Shown here: positions 8,992 through 18,828 of the stretch, one piece after another
Layout of the letters: each line of letters starts with the position of its first letter
Position numbering within the stretch: the stretch's first letter is position 1
The notes under the pieces: generated by a model
The model's database searches: none
Seen by the model: only the letters and a program-made list of their open reading frames with translations
What the model was told of the DNA's origin: nothing
Made by a program: the position numbers and the translations under genes
Assembly (NCBI GenBank): GCA_965648905.1
Contig: CBFGIT010000013.1
Location: 1-64,000, forward strand
Length of the DNA: 64,000 bases
Direction: 5' to 3'
Origin: a candidate division WOR-3 bacterium
GTDB taxonomy: Bacteria > Hydrothermota > Tepidihabitantia > Tepidihabitantales > Tepidihabitantaceae

Positions 8992-11262
8992 CTAGAAGCT
9001 TCCTCTCAGCCCGATGCTCGGCACTGCAATCGGCAGGATGTAAAACGGCTCGCGCACGAGCCGCCCGTTCTCGTCCGGATGGTAGTCGTACCACATCACG
9101 TTGCGGGCGAAGTAGACATTGATAACCTGAATGTAGAACGCGCAGTCCATCCGAAACATCCGGAAGGCCTTGTCCAGACCGACGTCAAGGCGGTGATAGG
9201 GCGGCAGGCGGTAGTTGCCGCGCCGACCGTAGAGTACGCTCCAGGTGTACTCGCGCTGGTAGGGATTCTCCGGTTCCGGCTCCACGAACTGGTACATGCC
9301 AATCGGCCCGGTATAGGGAAATCCGGTCCTGAGCAGCCACTGCAGGTTCAGGGTCCAGCCATGGCCCAAACCCACGCTCCACGCTACGTTGAAGTTGTGC
9401 CGTGCGTCGAAGACCGGGAAGAAGCTTGTTGAGTCAAAGGTCCGACGGGTGACCGCGAGGCCGTATCCGAACCAGCTCCCCTTGCGCCGCAGCAGCAACT
9501 CCAGGCCTGAGGCCCAGCCGGTCCCGGTGTTGAACTTGACCGAATCGCCCTCGTTGCTGCCGAACAGGCCGGGCAGCTCAGACTTGGTCTCCAGCAGGTT
9601 GCCCATGTTCTTGTAGTAGGCTTCGGCCGTCACCTGCACGTCAGACGAAAACCACTTCTCGGCCCCGACCAAGGCATGGTTCGCCCAGACCGGAGCGTAG
9701 AGCGAGTCGGCCGGTATCCACTGCTGGAAGAACGCAGCCGGCAGCTTCGCGATGAACTCGTCGCGCGGAAACGGGATGGAAAGGTACTGGTAGTACCGGC
9801 CCAGCCCGGCAGTGAGGGCAAAGTCCGCGCGCAGGAAATACTTGGCCGAGAGCCGGGGCGAGACGCGCAGATAACTGCCGCTGGTGAAGTACTCACCACG
9901 CACGCCCGGGTTCACCACCCATTTCTCGTTCGGCTGCCACTTGTCACTGATGTGCGCCGCGAAGTATCCGGCCTTCGAACCCATGTCCCACAGCAGCGTC
10001 GTATCAACCTTGAGGTAATTCGCGATGTTCAGATACTTGGCTTCGATGCCCGCTTTGAGCGTGTGGTTTGAGTCGGCAAACCAGGTCAGGTCTTCCCTCA
10101 GCCCGAAGTCATGAATGGTCATGCGCAGGGCCGCGCGGCTCGTGTCGCCAAAGTACCGGTCCTCAGCGCTCATGCCTACGCGGTTGCGGCCGTGGGCCAG
10201 CAGCGAGGACAGCAACAGCCGGGGTGAAAACATGTGCCGTTCCTTGAGTGCGAGCGTGTAGTTGCCCCAGCGGAAATCAAGCATGGTCACCGAGTCGTTC
10301 ATGTGAATGACGTCGTCGCCGGAGTAGCCGCTCAGAGTGACGCGGTCCTGCTCGGACAGGTCGAAGTTGGCCTTGGCCGCAAGGTCATAGAAGTAGTAGG
10401 GCAGGTAGACCTGGTTCAGGGAGTCGTTGATGAGTTTGTTCAGCACCCACGTGACTGCGTCGATATAGGTCCTGCGGCCCGACACGAGGAACGAACCTCT
10501 GGGCAGCGGGCCCTCAAACGTCAGCTTGGAAGTAAGCAGACTGACATCCCACTTGCCGGAATAGCGCTCACTATTGCCCTGCTTCATCTCGACGTCGAGT
10601 ACCGAGGAAACCGCACCGCCGTATTCGGCCGGAAAAGCCCCGGCCTTCAACTCGGCTCCGGCCAGCGCATCCATGCTGAAGGTCGAAAACAGTCCGCCCA
10701 GATGGTACGGATTGTACACCGGCACGCCGTCAAGCAGCACTAGGTTCTGGTCCGGCGAGCCGCCGCGTACATACAGGGCGCTGGCAAAGTCGGAGAGTGA
10801 CATCACACCGGGCAGCATCTGCAGGGACCGGAACAGGTCCTGCTCGATGAACCCGGGTGCAATCTTCAGGTCGCGGATATCCAGCCGCTTCACCCCGATG
10901 TCCACCTCGCGCCTGAACCGCTGTCGCTCAGCCGACGCAGTTACACCCTTCACCGGTATGACCTCAACCGCGAGTCGTGCGTCGAGCCGGGCCGGTCGGT
11001 CGGGCTTGAGGCTGACGACCTGCTCCAGTTCCCTGTAACCAACAATCGAGAAGACAACGGTCTGCTCGCCTGCGGGCAGACCGCTCAGCACATAGTAGCC
11101 GGTCTTGTCCGTGGCCGTGCCTGCGCTGCGGTCCTTCAGAAAGACCGACACGTAGGAAAGCGGCTCGCCGTTGGCTGCGTCGCGCACAAAACCGCTGACC
11201 GTGGCAGCCTGGCCGGCAGCAAAGGCAAGCACGAGCACGGAAAGACTCCGGCCGAGAGTCAT
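8992..11262 (-). CDS. TonB-dependent receptor with N-terminal carboxypeptidase-regulatory-like domain
   Basis: VSGFVRDAANGEPL, plug motif LYVRGGSPDQNLVLLDGVPVYNPYHLGG, RLPPYHRLD, terminal Phe. ATG 11262 lies 7 nt after TATGAT. Confidence 0.9.
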   Translation of the reverse strand: MTLGRSLSVLVLAFAAGQAATVSGFVRDAANGEPLSYVSVFLKDRSAGTATDKTGYYVLSGLPAGEQTVVFSIVGYRELEQVVSLKPDRPARLDARLAVEVIPVKGVTASAERQRFRREVDIGVKRLDIRDLKIAPGFIEQDLFRSLQMLPGVMSLSDFASALYVRGGSPDQNLVLLDGVPVYNPYHLGGLFSTFSMDALAGAELKAGAFPAEYGGAVSSVLDVEMKQGNSERYSGKWDVSLLTSKLTFEGPLPRGSFLVSGRRTYIDAVTWVLNKLINDSLNQVYLPYYFYDLAAKANFDLSEQDRVTLSGYSGDDVIHMNDSVTMLDFRWGNYTLALKERHMFSPRLLLSSLLAHGRNRVGMSAEDRYFGDTSRAALRMTIHDFGLREDLTWFADSNHTLKAGIEAKYLNIANYLKVDTTLLWDMGSKAGYFAAHISDKWQPNEKWVVNPGVRGEYFTSGSYLRVSPRLSAKYFLRADFALTAGLGRYYQYLSIPFPRDEFIAKLPAAFFQQWIPADSLYAPVWANHALVGAEKWFSSDVQVTAEAYYKNMGNLLETKSELPGLFGSNEGDSVKFNTGTGWASGLELLLRRKGSWFGYGLAVTRRTFDSTSFFPVFDARHNFNVAWSVGLGHGWTLNLQWLLRTGFPYTGPIGMYQFVEPEPENPYQREYTWSVLYGRRGNYRLPPYHRLDVGLDKAFRMFRMDCAFYIQVINVYFARNVMWYDYHPDENGRLVREPFYILPIAVPSIGLRGSF

Positions 11263-11269
11263 GCCGGTA

Positions 11270-11336
11270 ATCATATGCCCAATGCACCCGATATCAAGCT
11301 CGGTGGCGTTGACCATTCTGCAGTGTGTCGTATAAT
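11270..11336. promoter_or_regulatory. Divergent sigma-70-type promoters for the TBDR (-) and smpB (+), both apparently leaderless
   Basis: (-) TTGATA 11297-11292, 16 bp, TATGAT 11275-11270; (+) TTGACC 11309-11314, 16 bp, TATAAT 11331-11336, then GTG at 11343. Confidence 0.75.
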
Positions 11337-11342
11337 GGCCGG

Positions 11343-11801
11343 GTGAAGCCGGTCGCAACCAACCGCAAAGCGCTCCGGGATTACGCAGTCCTGGAGCGGC
11401 TTGAATCCGGCATCGAGCTGACCGGCACTGAGGTCAAGTCCATCCGCGCCGGCAACGTCTCACTCGACGAAGGCTACGCCACGGTTGACCAGGGCCAGGT
11501 CTACCTCCACGGCGTGACGATAGCGCCCTACTCACACGGCAACATCTTCAATCCGGAGCCGAACCGGCGCCGTCGCCTGCTGCTCCACCGCGACGAAATC
11601 AGACGTCTGTTCGGCCGGGTGACCCTGCGCGGGTACACCTTGATTCCCCTGAAGCTCTACTTCAGTGCCCGGGGCTGGGCCAAAGTCGAACTCGGTATCT
11701 GTCGCGGCAAGAAGCTTGTCGACCGCCGCGAGGACCTGAAACGCCGGGCTCAGGAACGCGACGAACGGCTGCTTGCGTCCGCGGCCCGGCGAAAGCGCTG
11801 A
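11343..11801 (+). CDS. smpB: SsrA-binding protein
   Basis: NRKA..DY, ESGIELTGTEVKSIRAG, R.R.LLLH..EI, G.TLIPLKLYF, GKK..DRRE. Confidence 0.97.
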   Translation: MKPVATNRKALRDYAVLERLESGIELTGTEVKSIRAGNVSLDEGYATVDQGQVYLHGVTIAPYSHGNIFNPEPNRRRRLLLHRDEIRRLFGRVTLRGYTLIPLKLYFSARGWAKVELGICRGKKLVDRREDLKRRAQERDERLLASAARRKR

Positions 11802-11956
11802 GCAACCTGCCCCGCGACAACACTCGACGCCGCTTTCTTGGCGGTCACTGCGTGGTTACGCCGCAGCCGTGCTGATTTCAGGCCCCGCGCCCTGGTTTCC
11901 GTGGTGGGCATGAGTGATTGTGTGTACTGGCCACCGAACCGTTAACCACCGCGAGA

Positions 11957-11980
11957 AGCGGCGGGGAGAACCCCGCCGCT
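11957..11980. terminator. Hairpin between convergent smpB and beta-propeller genes
   Basis: AGCGGCGGGG-agaa-CCCCGCCGCT, a perfect 10-bp stem. Confidence 0.65.
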
Positions 11981-11998
11981 CTTGGAGTCCGGTGCGGA

Positions 11999-13162
11999 CT
12001 AGCGGACTACGGTAACCACTGCGGTTGCCTCCCGGCCGTCTTCGGTTGACAGTCGGATGAAGTACGTCCCGGGACTGACCATCTGCCCCTTGTTGTCGCA
12101 TCCGTCCCATGTAACTGCGGCCGCCCCGTGTGTCTGAAGTGCGCCATCGAACAGGACGCGCATCTGTGCCCCCTGTTCATCGTAGACCCCTGCTGACATC
12201 TTGGCTTTGCCAGGTAGTGTGCAGGCTATCCGGGTAACGCCTCTGCACGGGTTAGGAACGCAGCTAATGTCCGACATCCTAGCCGGGCGAGACGGTGCGA
12301 TTTTGTCGGCAACGGACAGATCCTCAGCGTCATAATGCCATACCTGCCAGTCACGAAGAGTGCCGGATGCAGTGGAGGTCCCGACCACGGTGCAATATCC
12401 CCGTCCAACAGCAATGCCGTTGGCGTCGGCTTCACCTGCCTGGAACTGTTCATCGAAGCTCGGGTCCCGGAGCACTCCGCCGTCAGAGGCGTACTTCATG
12501 ACCTTCCAGTCGTGGTCACCGGTACCCGGATTGAAATAGGAACCACATACGTAGACGCAGCCCAAGTTGTCAGTCGCCACACCCTGTGCATCGCTGCCCA
12601 GACCGGAATCCCAGGTCAGTGTCCACAGCGTGTCGAAACTGGGGCTGTACTTGACGACCCGCCAGACGTTGTTGCCGCTTGAGTTTTTGCACCAGCCAAC
12701 AACGATGACGTTGCCCAATGGGTCCGTAGCGACACCGGCCGCATCGTCATCGCCGTTCCCGCTGTCAAAATAGTCCCGTGCGAGTTCCGTCCCATCCGGG
12801 TCATACTTGACCACTACCCAGTCGTGGTCGGTGTCAAAGTACGAGCCACAGACGTAGATGTTACCTTGGCTGTCTGTCGCCACATCGCTAGCATCGCTTC
12901 CCAGCCCTGGGTCCCATGTGCTGGCCCAGATCACGCTTCCATCCAGATGGGCATACTTCGCAACACGCAGCACATTGTTCCCATATGGATTGTAGTAACC
13001 CGCGGCAACAACGTCACCCTGCGGGTCAATCGCCACGCCATAGCACTGTTCATTGGCGTTGACGCCGTTGTCCCATCGGAACCACCATGCGCTTGCCGGG
13101 GTCTGCAGGACAAGCAGCAACAGGATTCCGGCGGTCGCCGCAGCGTACGTGTGGAGCTTCAT
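11999..13162 (-). CDS. Secreted SBBP/beta-propeller repeat protein with C-terminal FlgD-like domain
   Basis: SD AAGGAGG, signal peptide, repeated 'vAtD..GniyvcG...dw.vvKY' units with an internal duplication, PNP...WDGCD..G..VSPGTYFIRL tail. Confidence 0.75.
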   Translation of the reverse strand: MKLHTYAAATAGILLLLVLQTPASAWWFRWDNGVNANEQCYGVAIDPQGDVVAAGYYNPYGNNVLRVAKYAHLDGSVIWASTWDPGLGSDASDVATDSQGNIYVCGSYFDTDHDWVVVKYDPDGTELARDYFDSGNGDDDAAGVATDPLGNVIVVGWCKNSSGNNVWRVVKYSPSFDTLWTLTWDSGLGSDAQGVATDNLGCVYVCGSYFNPGTGDHDWKVMKYASDGGVLRDPSFDEQFQAGEADANGIAVGRGYCTVVGTSTASGTLRDWQVWHYDAEDLSVADKIAPSRPARMSDISCVPNPCRGVTRIACTLPGKAKMSAGVYDEQGAQMRVLFDGALQTHGAAAVTWDGCDNKGQMVSPGTYFIRLSTEDGREATAVVTVVR

Positions 13163-13315
13163 TCCTTTCCTCCTTGTGAGAGCTTACGCGGGACTGAGTT
13201 TCTCCTGCTCTCTAAGGGAGAAACCGATTCTGCCGATGCACCTCCGTTAGGCAGCCCGGCTCGGTGCCGCCGTGATGCTTGCTCTTGGTTGTTGTGTAGC
13301 ATCGGGTCGCTGAAG

Positions 13316-13331
13316 AGCACATGGCGTGCCA
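13316..13331 (-). promoter_or_regulatory. Sigma-54 (-24/-12) promoter for the 13162 gene
   Basis: TGGCACGCCATGTGCT on the - strand gives exact GG-N10-GC spacing. Confidence 0.7.
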
Positions 13332-13373
13332 GGGCGAGTTGGGCCGAAGTCTGAAGGGAAGCGGCGTCTGGCT

Positions 13374-13409
13374 GTTGCAGGACTGCAACGTAGGTTGCTG
13401 AGCAGCAAC
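13374..13409. promoter_or_regulatory. Two tandem palindromic enhancer-like sites GTTGC-N6-GCAAC
   Basis: GTTGCaggactGCAAC (13374-13389) and GTTGCtgagcaGCAAC (13394-13409), 20 bp apart, just upstream of the sigma-54 promoter. Confidence 0.65.
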
Positions 13410-13424
13410 GGCCGGCTGGTGGGA

Positions 13425-14798
13425 TTAGACTGCGGGCTCTTCGGTCGGGCGGAGGTTGTGTTTCTTGATAAGCCGGTAGAGGGTGGTGCGTTCGACGCCA
13501 AGGAGGCGGGCGGCTCGGTTCATAACGCCGCCTGAAGCAGCAAGGGCATGTTCCACAGCTTCGCGTTCGGCCTTCTCATACGCGGCTTTGAGCGTACCGT
13601 CACCCTGCTGACCGGCAACAACGGACGAGGTAATGAAGGTGCTGAGTTCGTCCGGCTCGACCGGGCTTGCCGCTGCAAGCACCACGACCCGCTCGACCAG
13701 GTTCCTCAACTCTCGTACGTTACCCGGCCAGTCATGAGCCTTGAGCACAGCCATGCAGCCTGGTGCGAACTCCATCAGCCGGTTGTGCCTTCGGCAGTAG
13801 TGGTCGAGAAAGGCCGCCACCAGCGGTTCGATGTCCTCCTTCCTTTCCCTAAGGGGTGGAACCGGAATCTCAACCACGTTGAGCCGGTGATACAGGTCCT
13901 CCCTGAACGCTCCCCGTCGGACGTGCTCGGGCAGGTTCTTGTTCGTCGCGGCGATCACCCGCACGTCGAGCTGGACCGTGGCAGAACTCCCGACCCGCTG
14001 GATTTCCGCTTCTTCCAGAAACCTGAGCAGCTTGGCCTGCGCTGGAAGCGGCATGTCACCAATCTCGTCGAGAAAGACCGTACCATTGTCTGCTTCTTCC
14101 AGCTTTCCCTTGCGCCCGGCGACCGCGCCGGTGAAAGCGCCTTTCTCGTGTCCGAACAGCTCGCTCTCTACGAGCTCTCGTGGTATCGCGGCGCAGTTCA
14201 GGGCCACGAAAGCCTCGTTCGCACGCTGGCTCTGAGCGTGCAGGGCCCGCGCTACCAGTTCCTTGCCCACGCCGCTCTCACCGGTAATGAGTACGCTCGC
14301 GCTGGTCGGAGCGGCGCGGGCAACGGGGTCCTTGACTCGCTGCAGCGCCGGCGAGGTGCCAACCATCTGGTAGCGACCTGCCAGCTCGCCCTGCAACCTG
14401 CCGACCCTTCGTTCAAGCCTGCCTCGCTCCAGCGCATTGGCAATGGTCAGCCGGATGCGGTTCGCGTCAGGCGGCTTCTCCAGGAAGTCGTACGCGCCCA
14501 GCCGCGTTGCCTCAAGTGCGGCTTTGATGCTGCCCTGTCCCGAAAGCATCACGATAGGCAACCCTGGTGCGACCGCATGTACCTGCTTGATAACCTCGAT
14601 GCCGTCGATGTCGGGCAGCATCAAGTCCAGCAGCATCGCGTCGGGGCGGTGCTGCGTCACCGCGGCAACCGCGCTTCTGCCGTCAAGCAGCACCGTCGTC
14701 TCATGACCCGCCTTGGCCAGCATGTCGCGCAGCACCTCGGCAAGGCGTGCGTCGTCATCAACGACGTAGACAAGTGACTTTCTCACGGTGCTGGTCAT
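13425..14798 (-). CDS. Sigma-54-dependent response regulator (NtrC/AtoC family: REC-AAA+-Fis HTH)
   Basis: VVDDD and LLDLMLP receiver; GESGVGKE, ELFGHEKGAFTGA, FLDEIG, WPGNVRELRN; C-terminal HTH. Confidence 0.95.
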   Translation of the reverse strand: MTSTVRKSLVYVVDDDARLAEVLRDMLAKAGHETTVLLDGRSAVAAVTQHRPDAMLLDLMLPDIDGIEVIKQVHAVAPGLPIVMLSGQGSIKAALEATRLGAYDFLEKPPDANRIRLTIANALERGRLERRVGRLQGELAGRYQMVGTSPALQRVKDPVARAAPTSASVLITGESGVGKELVARALHAQSQRANEAFVALNCAAIPRELVESELFGHEKGAFTGAVAGRKGKLEEADNGTVFLDEIGDMPLPAQAKLLRFLEEAEIQRVGSSATVQLDVRVIAATNKNLPEHVRRGAFREDLYHRLNVVEIPVPPLRERKEDIEPLVAAFLDHYCRRHNRLMEFAPGCMAVLKAHDWPGNVRELRNLVERVVVLAAASPVEPDELSTFITSSVVAGQQGDGTLKAAYEKAEREAVEHALAASGGVMNRAARLLGVERTTLYRLIKKHNLRPTEEPAV

Positions 14799-14799
14799 G

Positions 14800-17270
14800 C
14801 TATGCACCCATCGTGCCAGAGTCACGTGCCACCGGCAGGAAGATTCGGAAAGTCGTCCCCTTGCCGGCTTCGCTCTCGACCTCTATTGTCCCACCGTGGT
14901 CTTCAACCGTCTTCTTCACGATGGTCAGCCCAAGGCCTGTGCCACCGGGTTTCCTTGTGAAGAATGGCTGGAAGAGCTTGGCGCGGTACTCCTCCGGTAT
15001 GCCGGGGCCGGTGTCAGATACCTCAACTACCAGCCGCTCACCACCCGCCGCTGAAGGCTCGCCGCTTCGCAGCATTCGGGTCCGAATCGTCAAGACTCCT
15101 CTGTCAGCCATTGCCGCAAGGGCGTTGTTGACCAGGTTGGCCAGAGCACGGACGACCTGTTCTTCGTCAATCCGTATCTTCGGGAGGTCTGACGCCAAAT
15201 CCAATTTCAACTCAAGCCCTTCGACAAGCCCGATCCCCTGCTCGCCGACGACCCGCTGGATGACCTCGTTCAGGTCCTCCTCGGCAAGGCTGAGCGGCTC
15301 AAAGCTCGCCAGGCGCATGAATCCATCGGTCATCCGGCTCAGCCGGTCCGCCTCCTGCTGAATCGTGGCCGCCTCGGCCACGCCTTCTTCCTCCATCTGC
15401 TGCGCCTTGAGTCTGATGGTGCTGAGCGGAGTCTTGATGCCGTGCGCAAGGCGTTGAGCGACCGGACCCCAGGCTGACACGCGGCGGGCGTACTCGGCCG
15501 CGGACAGGTCTTCAAGGCTCAGAAAGATCCCTCCGAATCGCACGCGTGCGACTCTCGCTCTGAAAGTACGCACTCCCCATCAACGGGCAGTGGCAGCTCG
15601 AACGTCACCTCCTGTTCCGCACCTGCGATGATTCGCTGCAGCGCCTCGCGCAGAGGCGAGAACTCCGGGGCGGTCAGGGTGTGCACAAGCACCTGCCTCT
15701 CCCAGTCGCCCTCAAGACCAAGGAGCTGCCGGGCGTAGTAATTCGCCGAGAGCACCCGTCCTTTCCGGTCCAGTTCGACTACTCCGGCCTTCTGCACGAG
15801 CCCGCCCGTCAGCCCGCGCATTTGTCGGCGGTGCTGCCCCTGCGTGTACACGAGACTAACCATACCGGCAACAAGGAGCAGGGCGAGCACTCCGCTGACA
15901 ACGGCCCATGGGAAGGGCTGAGGTAGAACTGACAGGTGTAGCAGGACCCAGTTGGGCTGGTGGCTTCCACGTGTGTACGGTGCGGTGGCAACGAGCAGGC
16001 CCATTGGCCTGCCTTTGCCGATGTGAACGGGCCGAACTTCCTCTACGGCCCTGGAGAAGTCAAGCGCAGCGAGCGTACGCAGTTTGTCGTCGAGCACCTC
16101 CAGGGTACCCGCCTGGGTCACAACCACGATTTGCCTCTTGGCAGTTCCTAAGAGATGGTCACACGCTCCAACCCGGTCGATACCGGCGACAATGGTAGAC
16201 GTCTGGATGGTCTTCAACCGATGGTCGCGGACTTCGATTGCCCCGGTTCGAGTCATCGTGACTATCTCCGCGTCACCATCAGCATCCAGATCAGCGACGA
16301 CACGACACTCCCTGATTCCGCCCACTGGTTCCTGCCTCAGCACAGTGCCGTCGTCCGGGCTCAACAGAATGATGCGTCCCGTCGTCGTGTCCGATAAACA
16401 GCTACCCTCGACGGCGAGAACATCGAGGCTCCCGTCGCCGGTCAAGTCCGCAACCTCGACTTCGGTCCACGACCCAACGCCTGAGCGGAGTGGCGCCAGC
16501 CAGCGTCGCTGGCCGAACCTGTCTAGACAGATGACGTAGGCGCAGGTGTCAGCAGTCCCGTTCTCGAAGCACCCATTCCCGACGGCGCCCGTTCCGACAA
16601 GAACCTCCGGCCACCCGTCTCGGTCCAGGTCGGCGGTCACTGGTCCGCGTGCGACCGGGCCCAGACCGTATCGCCACATGATTCGCCCATTCTTGCAGTC
16701 GACAGCGTACAGCGCCCTTCCGGTCCATGGCCAGGCGTAGCCAGACCCGACGGCGACAATCAGGTCCTTGTCCCCGTCGCCGTTGAGGTCGGCGAAATCA
16801 GCACCATCGAAACCGGCGTCCCAATCGACAGACAGGCCGGAAGGACGGGGCCGCGATAGCAGGACCACGTGCTTCTTATCCATGCAGATGACAAGCGACT
16901 CAGCGACCGAAACCGCCAGTACGTAGCGCTGATTGCCGCAGGTGTCCGCATTCCCGAGGAAGAGGTGGCATCTGGCACCATCGGGGACTGGCGACCGTGT
17001 CTGCCAGTCAAACGACAGGTCCAGATTCCGTGCGCTGAGATTCGCCTCGTCAACAGTGAGCAGTTCGTCAACGCCGTCGCCATCAATGTCCGCAGCTCCG
17101 CAGTCGTACGCCTGCCACTCGCGGATTGCCACGTGCAGCTCGCACTTGGGCGCGGCGTCACAAGCGACGAGGAACAGGATGGCTAAAACAGTTGTCGCAA
17201 GAGCAGCACGCGCCACAATCCGTGGGTTGTCTTGACCAACAGCCGAGGAGAAGGGTGCCTTACGATGCAA
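14800..17270 (-). pseudogene. FG-GAP-repeat/PAS sensor histidine kinase split into two ORFs by a 1-bp frameshift (real lesion or sequencing error)
   Basis: ORF 15519-17270 has DxDGDG repeats, a TM helix and a PAS-like segment. ORF 14800-15573 has AHGIKTPLS, NLVNNAL, DTGPGI and GTGLGL. One extra G in the G4 run at 15575-15578 fuses them (PVDG-GVRTFRAR). Confidence 0.85.
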
Positions 17271-17499
17271 GGCCAGATTATCAGCAGCGGGCTTGCCGAG
17301 TCAAGACGGACGGACGGACGAGATGAGAGTGTCTGGTCGCAATGGCATGTCACTCTGCCACACAGGAACAACGGGCGGAGTTGAACTTGGCGAGATAGTC
17401 GCACCATGGCGCCCGTCTCGCTGGAAGCGACACTCGAAGCTGGTCCTGTCCTGTGCAGTCCAAGGTGCGTACCTACGTAGGTTGGGTCAACCAACCACG

Positions 17500-17820
17500 T
17501 CCGCAGTCCGGCTTCGGTTCTGGTGGGGGGAGTGATTCCCGGAGTCGTTCCCGCTGCCACTTGCGGCTGCAATTCGGGCTGCGGCTTCGACTACAGGTAG
17601 TGCTGCGGCTGGCAAGGCAGGTGAGTTGCCGGGCAAGAGGCCGAAGCCATCAGCGGTCTTGTCTCCAGGGAAGAAACCAGAGGGCACGGCGCAGGTTGAG
17701 CCGGTTTGGCCGTCAGTGTCGCAAGCGAGCCAAAGGTCGGTGCCGAGAGCATGAGCCGAGCCGGTTCTGGAAGCGGGCGTCAGGTCACGGCCGAGGTTCG
17801 CGTGTCGCCCGCAGGCTGGA
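17500..17820. repeat. Intergenic tract with degenerate 12-bp periodicity
   Basis: From 17530: gagtgattcccg/gagtcgttcccg/ctgccacttgcg/gctgcaattcgg/gctgcggcttcg/actacaggtagt/gctgcggctggc. Confidence 0.5.
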
Positions 17821-17821
17821 T

Positions 17822-18355
17822 TTACTGGGCTGCAGTCGCGGCGTCTCGGGCCGGATGCTCAAACTGGTCGACGATCGGCTTGAGCATCAGGAAGACGACG
17901 AGCCAGGTCGGAATCAGGGCGATGAGTATGGCGATGACCCAACTGAATCTGGTGGCCATGGCCGGGTCAACAACGCTCAAGACCTGCCCGAGCACCGGCG
18001 GGCCAAAGGCCACGGCAGCGATGGCCTGAAGCGCATTCAGAACCACAGTGAGATACCATCCCCAGCGGTGCCTGAGGAGCAGGCCGATTGCGCCGGCGAG
18101 CACCCCGGCACTGAGCAGCACCTGCGCCAGGTTGAGCGTGCGCAGGTTGGCATAGAGTGCGTCGATGGCGGCGAAGTTCGCGCCGGAGAGAAACGGACCA
18201 AGCTGCGCCGCCAGACTCTCGGGTCGGAAGGTCGCGAGCAGCGGGATGGACAGAAGGCTTGAGATGAAGCCGACCCCGGACTGAATGATGAAGAGCCAGG
18301 AGAAGACGGTCAGCGCGACGCGCCAGCGCCGAAGGGTTCGGTCGTCTGGTGTCAT
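17822..18355 (-). CDS. Hypothetical 4-TM membrane protein
   Basis: Four hydrophobic helices with 'AIGLLLRHRWGW'; the ATG lies inside a REP-like repeat. Confidence 0.65.
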   Translation of the reverse strand: MTPDDRTLRRWRVALTVFSWLFIIQSGVGFISSLLSIPLLATFRPESLAAQLGPFLSGANFAAIDALYANLRTLNLAQVLLSAGVLAGAIGLLLRHRWGWYLTVVLNALQAIAAVAFGPPVLGQVLSVVDPAMATRFSWVIAILIALIPTWLVVFLMLKPIVDQFEHPARDAATAAQ

Positions 18356-18393
18356 TCCGAGTGGGGCGTCCGACGCCCTGCGAGGAATCGTCG
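18350..18393 (+). repeat. REP-like palindrome copy 1 (TGTCATTCCGA-hairpin-GAGGAATCGTCG)
   Basis: tgtcattccga gtggggcgtccgacgccctgc gaggaatcgtcg. Confidence 0.8.
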
Positions 18394-18410
18394 AATGCCG
18401 GTCCGGGCGT

Positions 18411-18704
18411 TCATACCCATTCGCTGCCCAAGTCCTGCCAGCCCGGATTGAACGAGTCTACTAGCTCGACCTTCTTGGACCGACGCCAGCCCTTGATTTG
18501 CTTCTCGCGGGCGATTGCCGCATGTACGTCGCTGCAGCACTCGAAGTAGACGAGACGGTCGATGTTGTAGCGGCACGTGAATCCTGGGATCAGACGATGT
18601 TTGTGCTGGTAGACGCGCCGGGCAAGGTCGTTGGTAACACCCGTATAGACCGTTCCAGCCCGGTTGGCCAGAATGTAGACGTAGTACTGGTGGCAGCGCG
18701 TCAT
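18411..18704 (-). CDS. Small stand-alone GIY-YIG nuclease (UPF0213-like)
   Basis: YYVYILAN...YTGVTNDL.RRV.QH...GFT.RY.I.RLVYFE...AIAREKQIKGWRR.KK..L....NP.W.DL. Confidence 0.92.
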   Translation of the reverse strand: MTRCHQYYVYILANRAGTVYTGVTNDLARRVYQHKHRLIPGFTCRYNIDRLVYFECCSDVHAAIAREKQIKGWRRSKKVELVDSFNPGWQDLGSEWV

Positions 18705-18828
18705 GGCAGAGAGTTGAGGTTATCACAACGCTAGAACAACGCAAGCGCGAGGCATGCGCCCGCGGCTCCGTCGCCTCGAACGCCCCTTGCTTTCACCACA
18801 AGGCACTCAAAGCGGGGCGACGCTCCTC

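Noticed and set aside
11802..11998. tmRNA next to smpB
   Set aside because: Too short, and lacks tRNA-like ends and a tag frame.
17341..17360. Second sigma-54 promoter upstream of the kinase
   Set aside because: TGGCA...TGC spacing is GG-N11-GC rather than N10; a sigma-70-type promoter at about 17277-17305 explains expression.
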